Source: Methanothermobacter thermautotrophicus str. Delta H (lineage in GTDB: Archaea; Methanobacteriota; Methanobacteria; Methanobacteriales; Methanothermobacteraceae). Taken from it: a DNA stretch of 32,000 nt. Within the stretch, counting starts at the first letter, position 1. Each line of letters opens with the position of its first letter. Under the pieces are notes generated by a model that did not search any database, was not told the origin of the DNA, and saw only the letters and a program-made list of their open reading frames with translations. Position numbers and translations under genes: made by a program. The stretch is from NCBI RefSeq assembly GCF_000008645.1, contig NC_000916.1, positions 570,001 through 602,000 of the forward strand. Reading direction: 5' to 3'. Below are positions 1-9,245 of the stretch, one piece after another.

Positions 1-643
1 TGGCCTCAAGCTCACTCTCCTGGACAAGATTGCTTCTGGGCACAGCTCCAATCAGCCTTGAACCTATCCTTGAAGCAAATTCAGATACGATTTCCACCTC
101 ATCCCTGATGCCCCTGCAGTTACATATGACACCTCCAAGTTTACCCTTGAGCTTCCTTATGCCCCGTGCAATGTTGTTGGCTGCGTAAAGGGACATGTAC
201 TCACCGGATGTAACTATGTAGACCTCATCTGCAAAGTCCTCCCTCAGGGGAACTGCGAAGCCTCCGCAGACAACGTCACCAAGGACATCATAGATAACGA
301 CATCAATGTCCTCCCTGAATACTCCAAGCCTTTCCAGGAGGTTCATTGCAACTATGACGCCCCTCCCGGCACACCCCACACCTGGTTCAGGGCCCCCTGA
401 TTCAACGCACCTTACACCCCCAAATCCTGTGTGTATTACCTCAGAAACATCGGGTTCTCTGTTCTCCTTCAGCACATCCAGAACCGTGGGGAGCCTCTCA
501 CCATAGAGTGTCCTTGTGGTATCTGCCTTGGGGTCACAGCCTATCACAAGGACCCTGTGCTCCGATGAATAAGCCGCTGCCATGTTTGAGACGATGGTGG
601 ATTTACCTATACCTCCCTTACCATAGATGGCTATCCTCTTCAT
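1..643 (-). CDS. cfbC: NifH-like ATPase, probably the CfbC/NflH-type reductive cyclase reductase of F430 biosynthesis; C-terminus lies outside the window
   Basis: Own reverse-strand translation from the ATG at 643: [43 protein letters not shown]...GVGCAGRG...[19 protein letters not shown]... with no stop to position 1. P-loop [17 protein letters not shown] and the two cysteine ligand motifs of NifH-type proteins are present. Assignment to CfbC rather than another NifH-like paralog is inference. Confidence 0.85.
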   Translation of the reverse strand, partial: MKRIAIYGKGGIGKSTIVSNMAAAYSSEHRVLVIGCDPKADTTRTLYGERLPTVLDVLKENREPDVSEVIHTGFGGVRCVESGGPEPGVGCAGRGVIVAMNLLERLGVFREDIDVVIYDVLGDVVCGGFAVPLREDFADEVYIVTSGEYMSLYAANNIARGIRKLKGKLGGVICNCRGIRDEVEIVSEFASRIGSRLIGAVPRSNLVQESELEA

Positions 644-661
644 TGAGACACCACTGAGCGA

Positions 662-1165
662 TCACTTAACAAAGGCCCCTATTATATCTCCCCTCGTTAT
701 TATTCCGGCCAGCCTTCCATTCTCATCAATCACTGGCAGTCTCTTGATGTCATGCCTTTCCATGAGCTCAGCTGCATCTGAGACCGAGGCGTGTGGGGGC
801 ACGGTTACAACCTTAGGGGTCATTATCTCCTCCACGCGCATGACCGCAGCCTTCCTTATACCCCTCGCTATCTCATCATATTCGTGTTTCATGCGGAGGG
901 GGAGTTCAAGGAGGTCCAGTGGTGAGGGCATGATGAGGTTAAGGCTGGGGGAGTGGACCTCTATGAGCCTCATTATATCTCCCTCACTGATGATACCCAC
1001 AAGTTTCCCGTCCTCGTCCACAACCGGGGCACCGCTTATCCTGTTCTCCCTGAGTACCCTTGCCGCATCATGGATACTGCTGGTTCTCTTAACGGTTATA
1101 ACATCGCTCTGCATAGCATCCTTTACCCTTATCATCTCTTCACCCATCTTTAATATGTGGACCAT
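662..1165 (-). CDS. CBS-domain pair protein
   Basis: ORF 662..1363; tandem CBS pattern (MIRVKDAMQSDVITVKRTSSIHDAARVLRENRISGAPVVDEDGKLVGIISEGD... and ...IMTPKVVTVPPHASVSDAAELMERHDIKRLPVIDENGRLAGIITRGDII). The N-terminal 66 aa of the track ORF look non-homologous, so the start is probably 1165 or the later ATG at 1132. Confidence 0.85.
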   Translation of the reverse strand: MVHILKMGEEMIRVKDAMQSDVITVKRTSSIHDAARVLRENRISGAPVVDEDGKLVGIISEGDIMRLIEVHSPSLNLIMPSPLDLLELPLRMKHEYDEIARGIRKAAVMRVEEIMTPKVVTVPPHASVSDAAELMERHDIKRLPVIDENGRLAGIITRGDIIGAFVK

Positions 1166-1280
1166 CACTTTTAAAAATAACAGTCCCCCTCCACATACTG
1201 ACCTGGAAAGATGATGTTTAGGAGGCCAGAAAAAAGGAACAACTGGAACATTGAAGGTGGGTTTTTCAGAAACCGGGTTC

Positions 1281-2516
1281 TCAGGAATCAGGCCTCTTAA
1301 CTCTCCTGTAGACAAGATCCCCTGGCCGGACCCTGTCCTCAACAAGGAGGCCAACCTCCCCACCTTCAGCCACCTCTACCGATTCCCCCTCTATCTGGAG
1401 GGACTTAACACGCTGTATGAGGGCCCCGGTGGTTTTTCCCTGGATTATAACCTCATCACCCACCCTGAGGGGTCTCCATAGTCGTAGTCTTGCTGCACCG
1501 ACCTTCCTGTAGTAATTAACTACCTCTCCAATGTCCTCCTTGATGTATTCGGATATGTTTCCGCTGCTACCGTTCTCAGGTTCGCTGAAATAGAATCCCG
1601 TGCTGAAGCCCCTGTTGAAGACCTTTCTAAGTTCACTGAGCCAGCGCTCCTCAAATCTCCACTCACCACTGAGGTACCTGTCCAGGGCCTCCCTGTAGAC
1701 ACCTGTCACCGTTGCAACGTAATCAGCAGGGCGCCCTCGACCCTCAATTTTAAGTGCATGGACACCTGCATCAACAAGTTCAGGTATGTGCTCGATCATG
1801 CAGAGATCCGCGGGACTCAGGAGGTAGCTCCTTACAGCCTCTGAAGCTGACACCTCAAGGTCGAATTCACCGTCCTCGGATACCAGTCTCCAGCTCTTCC
1901 TGCAGGGCTGCAGGCAGTCACCACAGTTTGCACTTCTGCCATAGAGGTAGGAACTCAGGTAGCACCTCCCTGAGATGGCGGTGCAGAGGGCTCCGTGAAC
2001 AAAGACCTCAACCTCAACCGGTGAAGCCGACGCAATCCCTGCGATTTCTCTGAGGGACAGTTCCCTTGAGAGTATAGCCCTTGAGACCCCCATGTCCCTG
2101 AGTATGGTGAGTGTACGGGTGTTTGTAATGTTTGCCTGTACACTTACATGGACATCCAGCCCGCATTCAGCTGCAAGGTCCACCGCTGCAAGGTCAGAGG
2201 CTATGACAGCATCAACACCTGCGGAGTGGAGTTCTGGAAAGATATTCTTGAGCCTCTCAACATCATCATCCCTGAGGGCCGTGTTGGTGCAGACATATAG
2301 TCTTGAGCCGTGGTCGTGGGCCCTCTCCACCGCCTCTGCAACCTCACTTACCCTAAAGTTATCTGCCCGGGCCCTCATGTTGCAGCCCTCGAGTCCAATG
2401 TAGACTGCATCCGCCCCTGACCTGAGGGCTGCCATGAGGGAAGAAAAGTCTCCGGCCGGTGATAGGAGTTCAGGCATCTCAATCACTGAAAAACAATCCT
2501 TAATTTTATACAACAA
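1281..2516 (-). CDS. U32-family peptidase/hydroxylase-like protein
   Basis: MPELLSPAGDFSSLMAALRSGADAVYIG N-terminus, VEVFVHGALCTAISGRCYLSSYLYGRSANCGDCLQPCRKSW motif typical of U32. The true start is probably a few codons inside the ORF. Confidence 0.88.
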   Translation of the reverse strand: MLYKIKDCFSVIEMPELLSPAGDFSSLMAALRSGADAVYIGLEGCNMRARADNFRVSEVAEAVERAHDHGSRLYVCTNTALRDDDVERLKNIFPELHSAGVDAVIASDLAAVDLAAECGLDVHVSVQANITNTRTLTILRDMGVSRAILSRELSLREIAGIASASPVEVEVFVHGALCTAISGRCYLSSYLYGRSANCGDCLQPCRKSWRLVSEDGEFDLEVSASEAVRSYLLSPADLCMIEHIPELVDAGVHALKIEGRGRPADYVATVTGVYREALDRYLSGEWRFEERWLSELRKVFNRGFSTGFYFSEPENGSSGNISEYIKEDIGEVVNYYRKVGAARLRLWRPLRVGDEVIIQGKTTGALIQRVKSLQIEGESVEVAEGGEVGLLVEDRVRPGDLVYRRVKRPDS

Positions 2517-2540
2517 TGAAAATCAGCAGTCAGGGTCCCA

Positions 2541-3965
2541 TCATCTGGAGCAGGACCTCATGGCCTCATATTCACTTATGTCAGATGGTAGGGGTGTGGG
2601 GTAGTCCCCGTCAAGGCATCCCGTGCACAGGAATCCCTTCTTTATACCTATGCACTCCACCAGGGACTCGATGCTGAGGTAGCCCAGGGAATCAACACCT
2701 ATTATCCTCCTTATCTCCTCAACGTTCCTGGTGGATGCTATGAGCTCCTTCTTCGTTGCCATTGCTATGCCATAGTAGCACGGGGACTTTATGGGTGGGC
2801 AGCCTATCCTCAGATGTATCTCCTCTGCCCCGGCATCCCTTATGATGTCAATGAGTGCCCTTGAGGTTGTCCCCCTCACTATACTGTCATCGATGAGTAC
2901 TATGCGTTTACCCTCAAGTTCGGACCTTATGGGGTTCATCTTGAGTTTAACCGCTGTTTCACGTTCCTCCTGGGTCGGCATTATAAATGTACGACCCACG
3001 TACCTGTTCTTTATCAGGCCCTCACCGTAGGGTATCCCTGAGGCCCTTGAGTATCCTATGGCCGCCGGGATGGATGAGTCAGGTACGGGTACAACCACGT
3101 CTGCGTTGGCCGGGTGCTCCCTGTAGAGGGCCTCCCCAATATTGAGGCGGACCCTGTATACGTTGCGCCCGTCGATTACACTGTCCGGCCTTGCGAAGTA
3201 GACGTACTCAAACATGCAGTGGGCCCTCCTGGTGTTGGGGGCGTTTGCAACCCAGTAGGATTTGCCCCGGTTCAGGTGGAGTATCTCACCGGGCTGGACG
3301 TCCCTTACATGCTCGGCACCTATGACATCAAAGGCCACGGTCTCCGAGGCCACGATCTGGGTGCTGCCCTTCCTTGCAAAGGCCAGTGGTTTTATACCCA
3401 CAGGGTCCCTGACGACATAGAGGTCCTGGTTCAGAAGCACCACCAGGGAATATGATCCCACCAGCTGCTCTGAAACCCTCTTTATGGAGTATATCATGTT
3501 CGGTTTCTCATCGTATTCCCTGCTGAGGAGGTGGCAGATGACCTCTGAGTCCGTCGTTGAGACAAAGTTGTGACCCTCCTCCTCGAGTTCCTCCCGGAGT
3601 TCCATGGAGTTTATGATGTCTCCATTGTGGGCTATTGCAATTTTACCTCCCTGAAATTCGCTCCAGAATGGCTGAGAATTCTCAATCCTTGATTCGCCTG
3701 TGGTTGAGTAGCGCACGTGTCCTATCCCGACGTTCCCCTTAAGTTCCTCTAGCTTCTCAGGATTGAAGACGTCGCAGACCAGCCCCATTCCCCTGTGTGT
3801 CAGTATATCGTTCCCATTGAATGTTGAGATCCCTGCAGACTCCTGTCCCCTGTGCTGCAGTGCGTAGAGCGCATAATATATCTGGGAGGCCACACCGGTT
3901 TTCTTATCCTGTGAGTAAATCCCTACAATACCGCATTTATCTCTCACTTCAGATTCTCCCAACAA
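2541..3965 (-). CDS. purF: Amidophosphoribosyltransferase
   Basis: Short propeptide then [10 protein letters not shown] (Ntn cysteine); [16 protein letters not shown]; [18 protein letters not shown]-binding motif; Cys-rich C-terminal region [10 protein letters not shown]. Confidence 0.96.
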   Translation of the reverse strand: MLGESEVRDKCGIVGIYSQDKKTGVASQIYYALYALQHRGQESAGISTFNGNDILTHRGMGLVCDVFNPEKLEELKGNVGIGHVRYSTTGESRIENSQPFWSEFQGGKIAIAHNGDIINSMELREELEEEGHNFVSTTDSEVICHLLSREYDEKPNMIYSIKRVSEQLVGSYSLVVLLNQDLYVVRDPVGIKPLAFARKGSTQIVASETVAFDVIGAEHVRDVQPGEILHLNRGKSYWVANAPNTRRAHCMFEYVYFARPDSVIDGRNVYRVRLNIGEALYREHPANADVVVPVPDSSIPAAIGYSRASGIPYGEGLIKNRYVGRTFIMPTQEERETAVKLKMNPIRSELEGKRIVLIDDSIVRGTTSRALIDIIRDAGAEEIHLRIGCPPIKSPCYYGIAMATKKELIASTRNVEEIRRIIGVDSLGYLSIESLVECIGIKKGFLCTGCLDGDYPTPLPSDISEYEAMRSCSR

Positions 3966-3980
3966 GAAGGTTTATCCACG

Positions 3981-4823
3981 TTAGGACGATTCTTCATCTT
4001 TTTCAGTGAATACCAGGGCCGATTTTATTATCCGGAGCCACTCCACCGCATCTTCCCGTGAAGGCGCCGCTATTGAGCCCTGTCCAAGGATTATACCCTC
4101 GGGTTTAATGTGATCGGTTACAAAATAAATCCTCTCAAGGTCATCGGGTTCCTCTCCAAAGGTTTCCCTCCAGAGGTCCGTGATTGAGAAGGTCTCAAGA
4201 AGTTCCTTATCTTCAAGTTCAGAAAAACGAGTTTCGAGTTTGGAGTACTCTCCCTCCAGGAGGCGGAATTTCTCCTCAAGCTGACTCAGCTCCCCCCTGA
4301 GGGATTCTATCCTTTCATTACCTGCCTCAACTTCACCCTGCAGCCGGGTATTCTCATCCCTCAGTGCAGTGTTTTCGGCAACTGTCTCATCCAGCTTCTC
4401 CCGGCACTCTTCAAGCCTCTCCTTCATGTCACTGAGGCTCCTTATGCCTGTGAGTGTCTGGAGTCCGGCCCTTATGATGGCGTTTTCTATTTCCTCCCTT
4501 ATGAGGTCCGGGTCAAGGTATTCCACGTCATGACCATAGGGGAGTTTCATCCGTTCAATGTGCCCAACATGGCCCCTGAGTGCTTCCCTGAACTTATCTG
4601 CAAGTTCCCTGCCTGTCTGGTCAACATCCGTTGCTATCAGGACAATGTCAGCACCCTCAACGGCCCTGAGGGCGATCTCAAGGCTTGTTGTTGGGACTAT
4701 GGATGATATGGTTATGTGGTATTTGGCGCCGAGGGACACCCTCTGAAGCGCCCTCGAGACGCTTTCAACATCAGAGGCTCCCTCAACAATTATCCGCACA
4801 TCAACAGGGCCTTTATTATCCAT
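3981..4823 (-). CDS. Toprim-domain protein with long coiled-coil segment
   Basis: Toprim-like VRIIVEGASDVESVSRAL ... ADIVLIATDVDQTGRELADKFREAL, followed by heptad-rich LEECREKLDETVAENTALRDENTRLQGEVEAGNERIESLRGELSQLEEKF. Confidence 0.8.
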   Translation of the reverse strand: MDNKGPVDVRIIVEGASDVESVSRALQRVSLGAKYHITISSIVPTTSLEIALRAVEGADIVLIATDVDQTGRELADKFREALRGHVGHIERMKLPYGHDVEYLDPDLIREEIENAIIRAGLQTLTGIRSLSDMKERLEECREKLDETVAENTALRDENTRLQGEVEAGNERIESLRGELSQLEEKFRLLEGEYSKLETRFSELEDKELLETFSITDLWRETFGEEPDDLERIYFVTDHIKPEGIILGQGSIAAPSREDAVEWLRIIKSALVFTEKDEESS

Positions 4824-5006
4824 TTATTTCAACCTTTGGCCTGTAATTTTTTTGTTCTGCCAGCTGTAGCGCCTTATTCTGCGGGATCTGCCGAAACCGC
4901 ATGCAGCGCAGACCTTTTTACGTACATGATACGAGTTTTTACCGCATCTCCTGCATCTTATATGGAGATTCTTGTTACGCTTACCAAATGATGGAGTACC
5001 TTTCAT
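4824..5006 (-). CDS. rpl37e: Large ribosomal subunit protein eL37 (L37e)
   Basis: [49 protein letters not shown]: CxxC...CxxC zinc ribbon and length typical of eL37. Confidence 0.95.
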   Translation of the reverse strand: MKGTPSFGKRNKNLHIRCRRCGKNSYHVRKKVCAACGFGRSRRIRRYSWQNKKITGQRLK

Positions 5007-5071
5007 GTTCTAATCCTCCTTAAAATCAGTTAATCTGTAAAGTTGATCCACCCTTCCCCTTACAATTAAAT

Positions 5072-5317
<246 letters not shown>

Positions 5318-5618
5318 CTATCCTAGATTAAAATTTAGCCGGATTATATTTAAATCTAACTAACGAGCTGAAAATCTTCCAATCAGATACTTCATTTTTC
5401 TATTCTACTAATATATAAGTTTTCTTGCACTGCAGTACCTCTTCAAATCCATTCCAGGGTCCGCCCTGGGATCCCCCCATCCATGAGAGATGCATGTGGT
5501 GCACGTAAAGTAGTTTAGAAATGAGCTATAGATATACTTGCAGAAGAGTTTAAATGAGTCAATGATGGTAAAGCAGATTAAGGAACAGACTGCAGACCAT
5601 TCATAAAATGAACAGGGT

Positions 5619-6101
5619 GTGACTGTGAAGATCAGGAAGAGGTACCATATAAAGAAGAAGAAGCTCAGGGAGATACGGGGGCAGATTGGAGACTACTCCT
5701 CCCTGATACCTGAAAAGGCCACGGTTGAAATCATTGAGACTGATGATAACAACATCATACTGGTTAATGGGGAGCCACTCCTCATGTTCATTGACGACAG
5801 GGTTGTCCCGACCCTGAGGGGCGCCCTGAAGATGGAAATAGATAGGGGATATGTGGTCGTTGACATGGGGGCCGTCAGGTTCCTTGCAAACGGGGCCGAT
5901 GTCATGAGCCCCGGTATAGTTGACGCCGACCCTGAGATATCTGAGAACGACACCGTCGTTGTGGTGGATGAGAGAAACCGCAGACCCCTTGCAGTGGGTA
6001 TAAGCCTCATAAGTGGACCTGAAATGGTTGAAAGAGATTCAGGAAAGGCTGTTAAGACCATCCACCACATCGGAGATGCCATCTGGGAACTGGAGGTCTA
6101 G
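5619..6101 (+). CDS. PUA-domain RNA-binding protein
   Basis: GTG start; [19 protein letters not shown]..., C-terminal PUA-type [60 protein letters not shown]. Confidence 0.85.
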   Translation: MTVKIRKRYHIKKKKLREIRGQIGDYSSLIPEKATVEIIETDDNNIILVNGEPLLMFIDDRVVPTLRGALKMEIDRGYVVVDMGAVRFLANGADVMSPGIVDADPEISENDTVVVVDERNRRPLAVGISLISGPEMVERDSGKAVKTIHHIGDAIWELEV

Positions 6102-6805
6102 TGTTGGTTGAGCTGAACCTCGACGCCGGGAACATAATCTCAGAGGATGTCCACAGGATCGGGATACTGGCAGTGGGGTCACACCTCGAGAACCATGGCC
6201 CGGCACTCCCCATCGACACCGATGCAAAGATAGCATCCTACGTGGCCCTTGAGGCAGCCCTGAGGACCGGGGCCAGGTTCCTGGGGGTGCTCTATGCCGC
6301 CTCAGAGTTTCCCTACGTTAAACACGGCATACACATGGACAGGGATGAACTTGTTGAGAGGGAACTGAAACCTGTCCTGAGGAAGGCCAGAAGGCTTCTA
6401 AACCTTGAGGCCGCTGTAATTGTAAACGGTCACGGAGGGAACAAACTGGAGGACTGTATGGACGACCTCGAAGAGGAACTGGGCCTTGAAATCGCCTGGA
6501 ACAACCGGATAGTTGAGATTGAGGGACCGCACGCAGGTAGCGGTGAACTATCCGCAGGTCTCATACTCGGTATCGCGGATCTGAGGCGCCTTGATGAATG
6601 CATACCTGAACTCTACCCTGAAATTGGAATGATAGGTCTGAAGGAGGCCCGTGAAGCCAACAGAGAAATAGATAAGGCTGCAAGGATATGTGAAAGGGAT
6701 GGTGTGAACCCCGACCCTGTTCTGGGCCAGAGAATACTTGATGATGCCGTTGAAAGTGTTATATCAGATGTGAAAGAGCTCCTGAAGATTATACAGGAAT
6801 TTTAG
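6101..6805 (+). CDS. arfB: Creatininase-family hydrolase, probably ArfB formamide hydrolase (riboflavin/F420 precursor pathway)
   Basis: GTG start overlapping the previous TAG by 1 nt; HLENHGPALPIDTDAKIA, GVLYAASEFPYVKHGIHMD, VNGHGGN, GPHAGSGELSAGL metal-binding motifs. Confidence 0.82.
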   Translation: MLVELNLDAGNIISEDVHRIGILAVGSHLENHGPALPIDTDAKIASYVALEAALRTGARFLGVLYAASEFPYVKHGIHMDRDELVERELKPVLRKARRLLNLEAAVIVNGHGGNKLEDCMDDLEEELGLEIAWNNRIVEIEGPHAGSGELSAGLILGIADLRRLDECIPELYPEIGMIGLKEAREANREIDKAARICERDGVNPDPVLGQRILDDAVESVISDVKELLKIIQEF

Positions 6806-6812
6806 CATAAAG

Positions 6813-8924
6813 ATGATCAGTTTAAGCACAACAGCCCTGAAGGTGCTTGAGGAGAGATACCTTCTCAGGGGTGAGGGTGGTGAGGTTGTAGAGACACCAG
6901 AGGAGATGTTCAGGAGGGTTGCGCGGGCCGTTGCATCTGCAGATGAGGCCTACGGTGATGACCCTGCAGTTGCGGAGGAGGCCTTCTACTCGGTTATGGG
7001 TAACCTTGAGTTCCTCCCAAATTCCCCGACCCTCATGAATGCAGGCACGCCCATCAACCAGCTCTCCGCCTGTTTTGTACTCCCTGTTGAGGACTCAATT
7101 GATAGTATATTCAGCTCCCTGAGGGATATGGCCATCATCCACAAATCCGGTGGGGGTGTTGGCTTCTCATTTTCAAGGTTAAGACCCAGAGGGGACATCG
7201 TCGCGTCCACAATGGGTGTTGCCTCGGGGCCGGTGTCCTTCATGAGGATATTCGATGTTGCGGTTGACGTTATAAAGCAGGGCGGGCGAAGAAGGGGCGC
7301 CAATATGGGTGTCCTCCATGTGAGCCACCCCGACATATTCAGCTTCATAGACGCCAAGTCAAGGGAGGGTCCCCTGCGGAACTTCAACCTCTCAGTCGCC
7401 GTACCTGATGAGTTCATGGATGACCGCCCGGTGGATCTGATAAACCCCAGGAACGGTGAGGTGGTTGACTCGGTAGAATCCAGGGTGATACTTAAGAGGA
7501 TCGTGGAGGCAGCCTGGAGGTCTGGAGATCCCGGGATCCTCTTTGAGGACCGTATAAACCGCTACAACCCCACTCCACAACTCGGGAGGATAGAGGCAAC
7601 CAACCCCTGTGTATCCGGTGACACCATTGTAATGACATCCGGGGGTCCGCGGACAGTGGCTGAACTGGAGGGCAAGCCCTTCACCGCACTTATCAGGGGC
7701 TCAGGGTACCCCTGCCCCTCAGGTTTCTTCAGGACCTGTGAACGGGACGTATATGATCTTAGAACCAGGGAGGGTCATTGCTTAAGGTTGACCCATGATC
7801 ACAGGGTCCTTGTAATGGATGGTGGTCTGGAATGGCGTGCCGCCGGTGAACTTGAAAGGGGAGACCGCCTTGTGATGGATGATGCTGCAGGGGAGTTTCC
7901 GGCACTTGCAACCTTCAGAGGCCTCAGGGGCGCCGGCCGCCAGGATGTCTATGACGCCACTGTCTACGGTGCCAGTGCATTCACAGCCAATGGATTCATA
8001 GTCCACAACTGTGGGGAGCAGCCACTCCTCACCCATGAATCATGCAATCTGGGGTCAGTTAATCTCAGCCTCATGGTAGGCCCCTCCGGTATTAACTGGG
8101 AGAAGCTCCGGAGGACCATCCATGTGGCAGTGCACTTCCTTGACAATGTGATAGACGTTAACAGCTACCCCCTCCGTCCCGTGGAGGAGATGACACTGAG
8201 AACCCGTAAGATAGGGCTGGGTGTCATGGGCTTTGCTGATATGCTGATAAAACTTGGAATACCCTACAATTCAGTGGCTGCCCTTGAGGTGGCCGGAAGG
8301 GTAATGTCATTCATATCATCTGAGGCCAGGAGGGCCTCCATGGAACTTGCCAGAGAGAGGGGATCATTCCCTGAATTTAAGGGCAGCATATGGGATATCC
8401 AGGGATTTGAGTGCATGAGGAACGCCACATTAACCACCATAGCCCCAACTGGTTCCCTGAGTATAATAGCAGGCACCAGCAGTGGAATTGAGCCCCTATT
8501 TGCCGTGTCCTTCACAAGGAACATCCTGGGAAGGAGCTTCCATGAGCTGCACCCCCTCTTTAAGACGATGGCGGGAAGACTTGATAAGAGATCCCTTGAG
8601 GCCATAGAATCCCGGGGGAGTCTGAGGGGTGTCCCCGGGGTGCCTGCGAGGATAAGGAGGCTCTTTGTGACTGCACATGAAATAGACCCTGTATTCCATG
8701 TTAAAATGCAGGCCGCCTTCCAGCGGTACGTGGACAATGCTGTATCAAAAACAGTGAATCTGCCAGCTGATTCATCACCTGCTGACGTTGAAAGGGTGTT
8801 CAGGGCCGCCCATGAGCTTGGCTGCAAAGGTGTTACTGTTTACAGGTATGGCAGTAAGGTGGATGAGGTCCTGAGGTTCCCTGAATATGCGGGTTCATGC
8901 CGTGATATGACCTGTCCTAATTAA
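6813..8924 (+). CDS. nrdJ: Adenosylcobalamin-dependent (class II) ribonucleotide reductase, intein-containing
   Basis: NSPTLMNAGTPINQLSACFVLPVEDSIDSI, SGGGVGFSFSRLRP, NLSVAVPDEFMD, ATNPC//CGEQPLLTHESCNLGSVNLS (interrupted by intein), GLGVMGFADMLI, APTGSLSIIAGTSSGIEPLFA, and C-terminal ELGCKGVTVYRYGSK. Confidence 0.95.
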   Translation: MISLSTTALKVLEERYLLRGEGGEVVETPEEMFRRVARAVASADEAYGDDPAVAEEAFYSVMGNLEFLPNSPTLMNAGTPINQLSACFVLPVEDSIDSIFSSLRDMAIIHKSGGGVGFSFSRLRPRGDIVASTMGVASGPVSFMRIFDVAVDVIKQGGRRRGANMGVLHVSHPDIFSFIDAKSREGPLRNFNLSVAVPDEFMDDRPVDLINPRNGEVVDSVESRVILKRIVEAAWRSGDPGILFEDRINRYNPTPQLGRIEATNPCVSGDTIVMTSGGPRTVAELEGKPFTALIRGSGYPCPSGFFRTCERDVYDLRTREGHCLRLTHDHRVLVMDGGLEWRAAGELERGDRLVMDDAAGEFPALATFRGLRGAGRQDVYDATVYGASAFTANGFIVHNCGEQPLLTHESCNLGSVNLSLMVGPSGINWEKLRRTIHVAVHFLDNVIDVNSYPLRPVEEMTLRTRKIGLGVMGFADMLIKLGIPYNSVAALEVAGRVMSFISSEARRASMELARERGSFPEFKGSIWDIQGFECMRNATLTTIAPTGSLSIIAGTSSGIEPLFAVSFTRNILGRSFHELHPLFKTMAGRLDKRSLEAIESRGSLRGVPGVPARIRRLFVTAHEIDPVFHVKMQAAFQRYVDNAVSKTVNLPADSSPADVERVFRAAHELGCKGVTVYRYGSKVDEVLRFPEYAGSCRDMTCPN
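7608..8009 (+). other. Mini-intein (134 aa, no homing endonuclease domain) inside the ribonucleotide reductase
   Basis: Block A CVSGDTIVMTSGGPRTV, block B GHCLRLTHDHRVLVMD, block F DVYDATVYGASAFTANG, block G FIVHN followed by +1 Cys of CGEQPLL. Cys1 codon is 7608-7610, terminal Asn codon 8007-8009; 402 nt, in frame. Confidence 0.97.
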
Positions 8925-9003
8925 TAGAAGATTTAAAGCAGGTCCTTCATGATCACCAGTTTTTTCAAGAGCATTTCTAATTAAATTAATAGAAGATTTA
9001 AAG
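8919..9003. repeat. 20-bp perfect direct repeat AATTAATAGAAGATTTAAAG (8919-8938 and 8984-9003)
   Basis: Read directly; the first copy overlaps the nrdJ stop codon (TAA 8922-8924). Confidence 0.9.
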
Positions 9004-9038
9004 GTGATAAAATGGACACCAGACCTTTAAATCTTCTA
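8990..9038. terminator. 16-bp perfect inverted repeat with 17-nt loop, candidate bidirectional 3'-end hairpin or element end
   Basis: TAGAAGATTTAAAGGT (8990-9005) pairs with ACCTTTAAATCTTCTA (9023-9038), between convergent genes. The function is unproven. Confidence 0.5.
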
Positions 9039-9245
9039 AGGAGCTTCATAAGGACGCTGTACGTTGTCTCATGAAGCTCAAAATGTTACCCATCATAATA
9101 TGGGCACATTTTTCATGTTTTGCATTCGCCTTATTTAAAGCTTTATCAAAATCTCCTGTAGAGCAGCATGCATGCTAATCTTTTCCCTGGCTTGAAACAT
9201 CGATCTTATCGATGCTGTACTTCTCTTTGGAATATTCAACACCCC

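Noticed and set aside
627-1214. 195-aa plus-strand ORF
   Set aside because: Antisense to the CBS-domain gene; Ser/Leu/Ile-rich shadow translation.
6101-6101. 1-nt overlap of stop and start codons between PUA gene and arfB-like gene as unusual
   Set aside because: Ordinary tight operon packing.
8264-8827. 187-aa minus-strand ORF
   Set aside because: Antisense to the ribonucleotide reductase C-terminal half, no domain signature.
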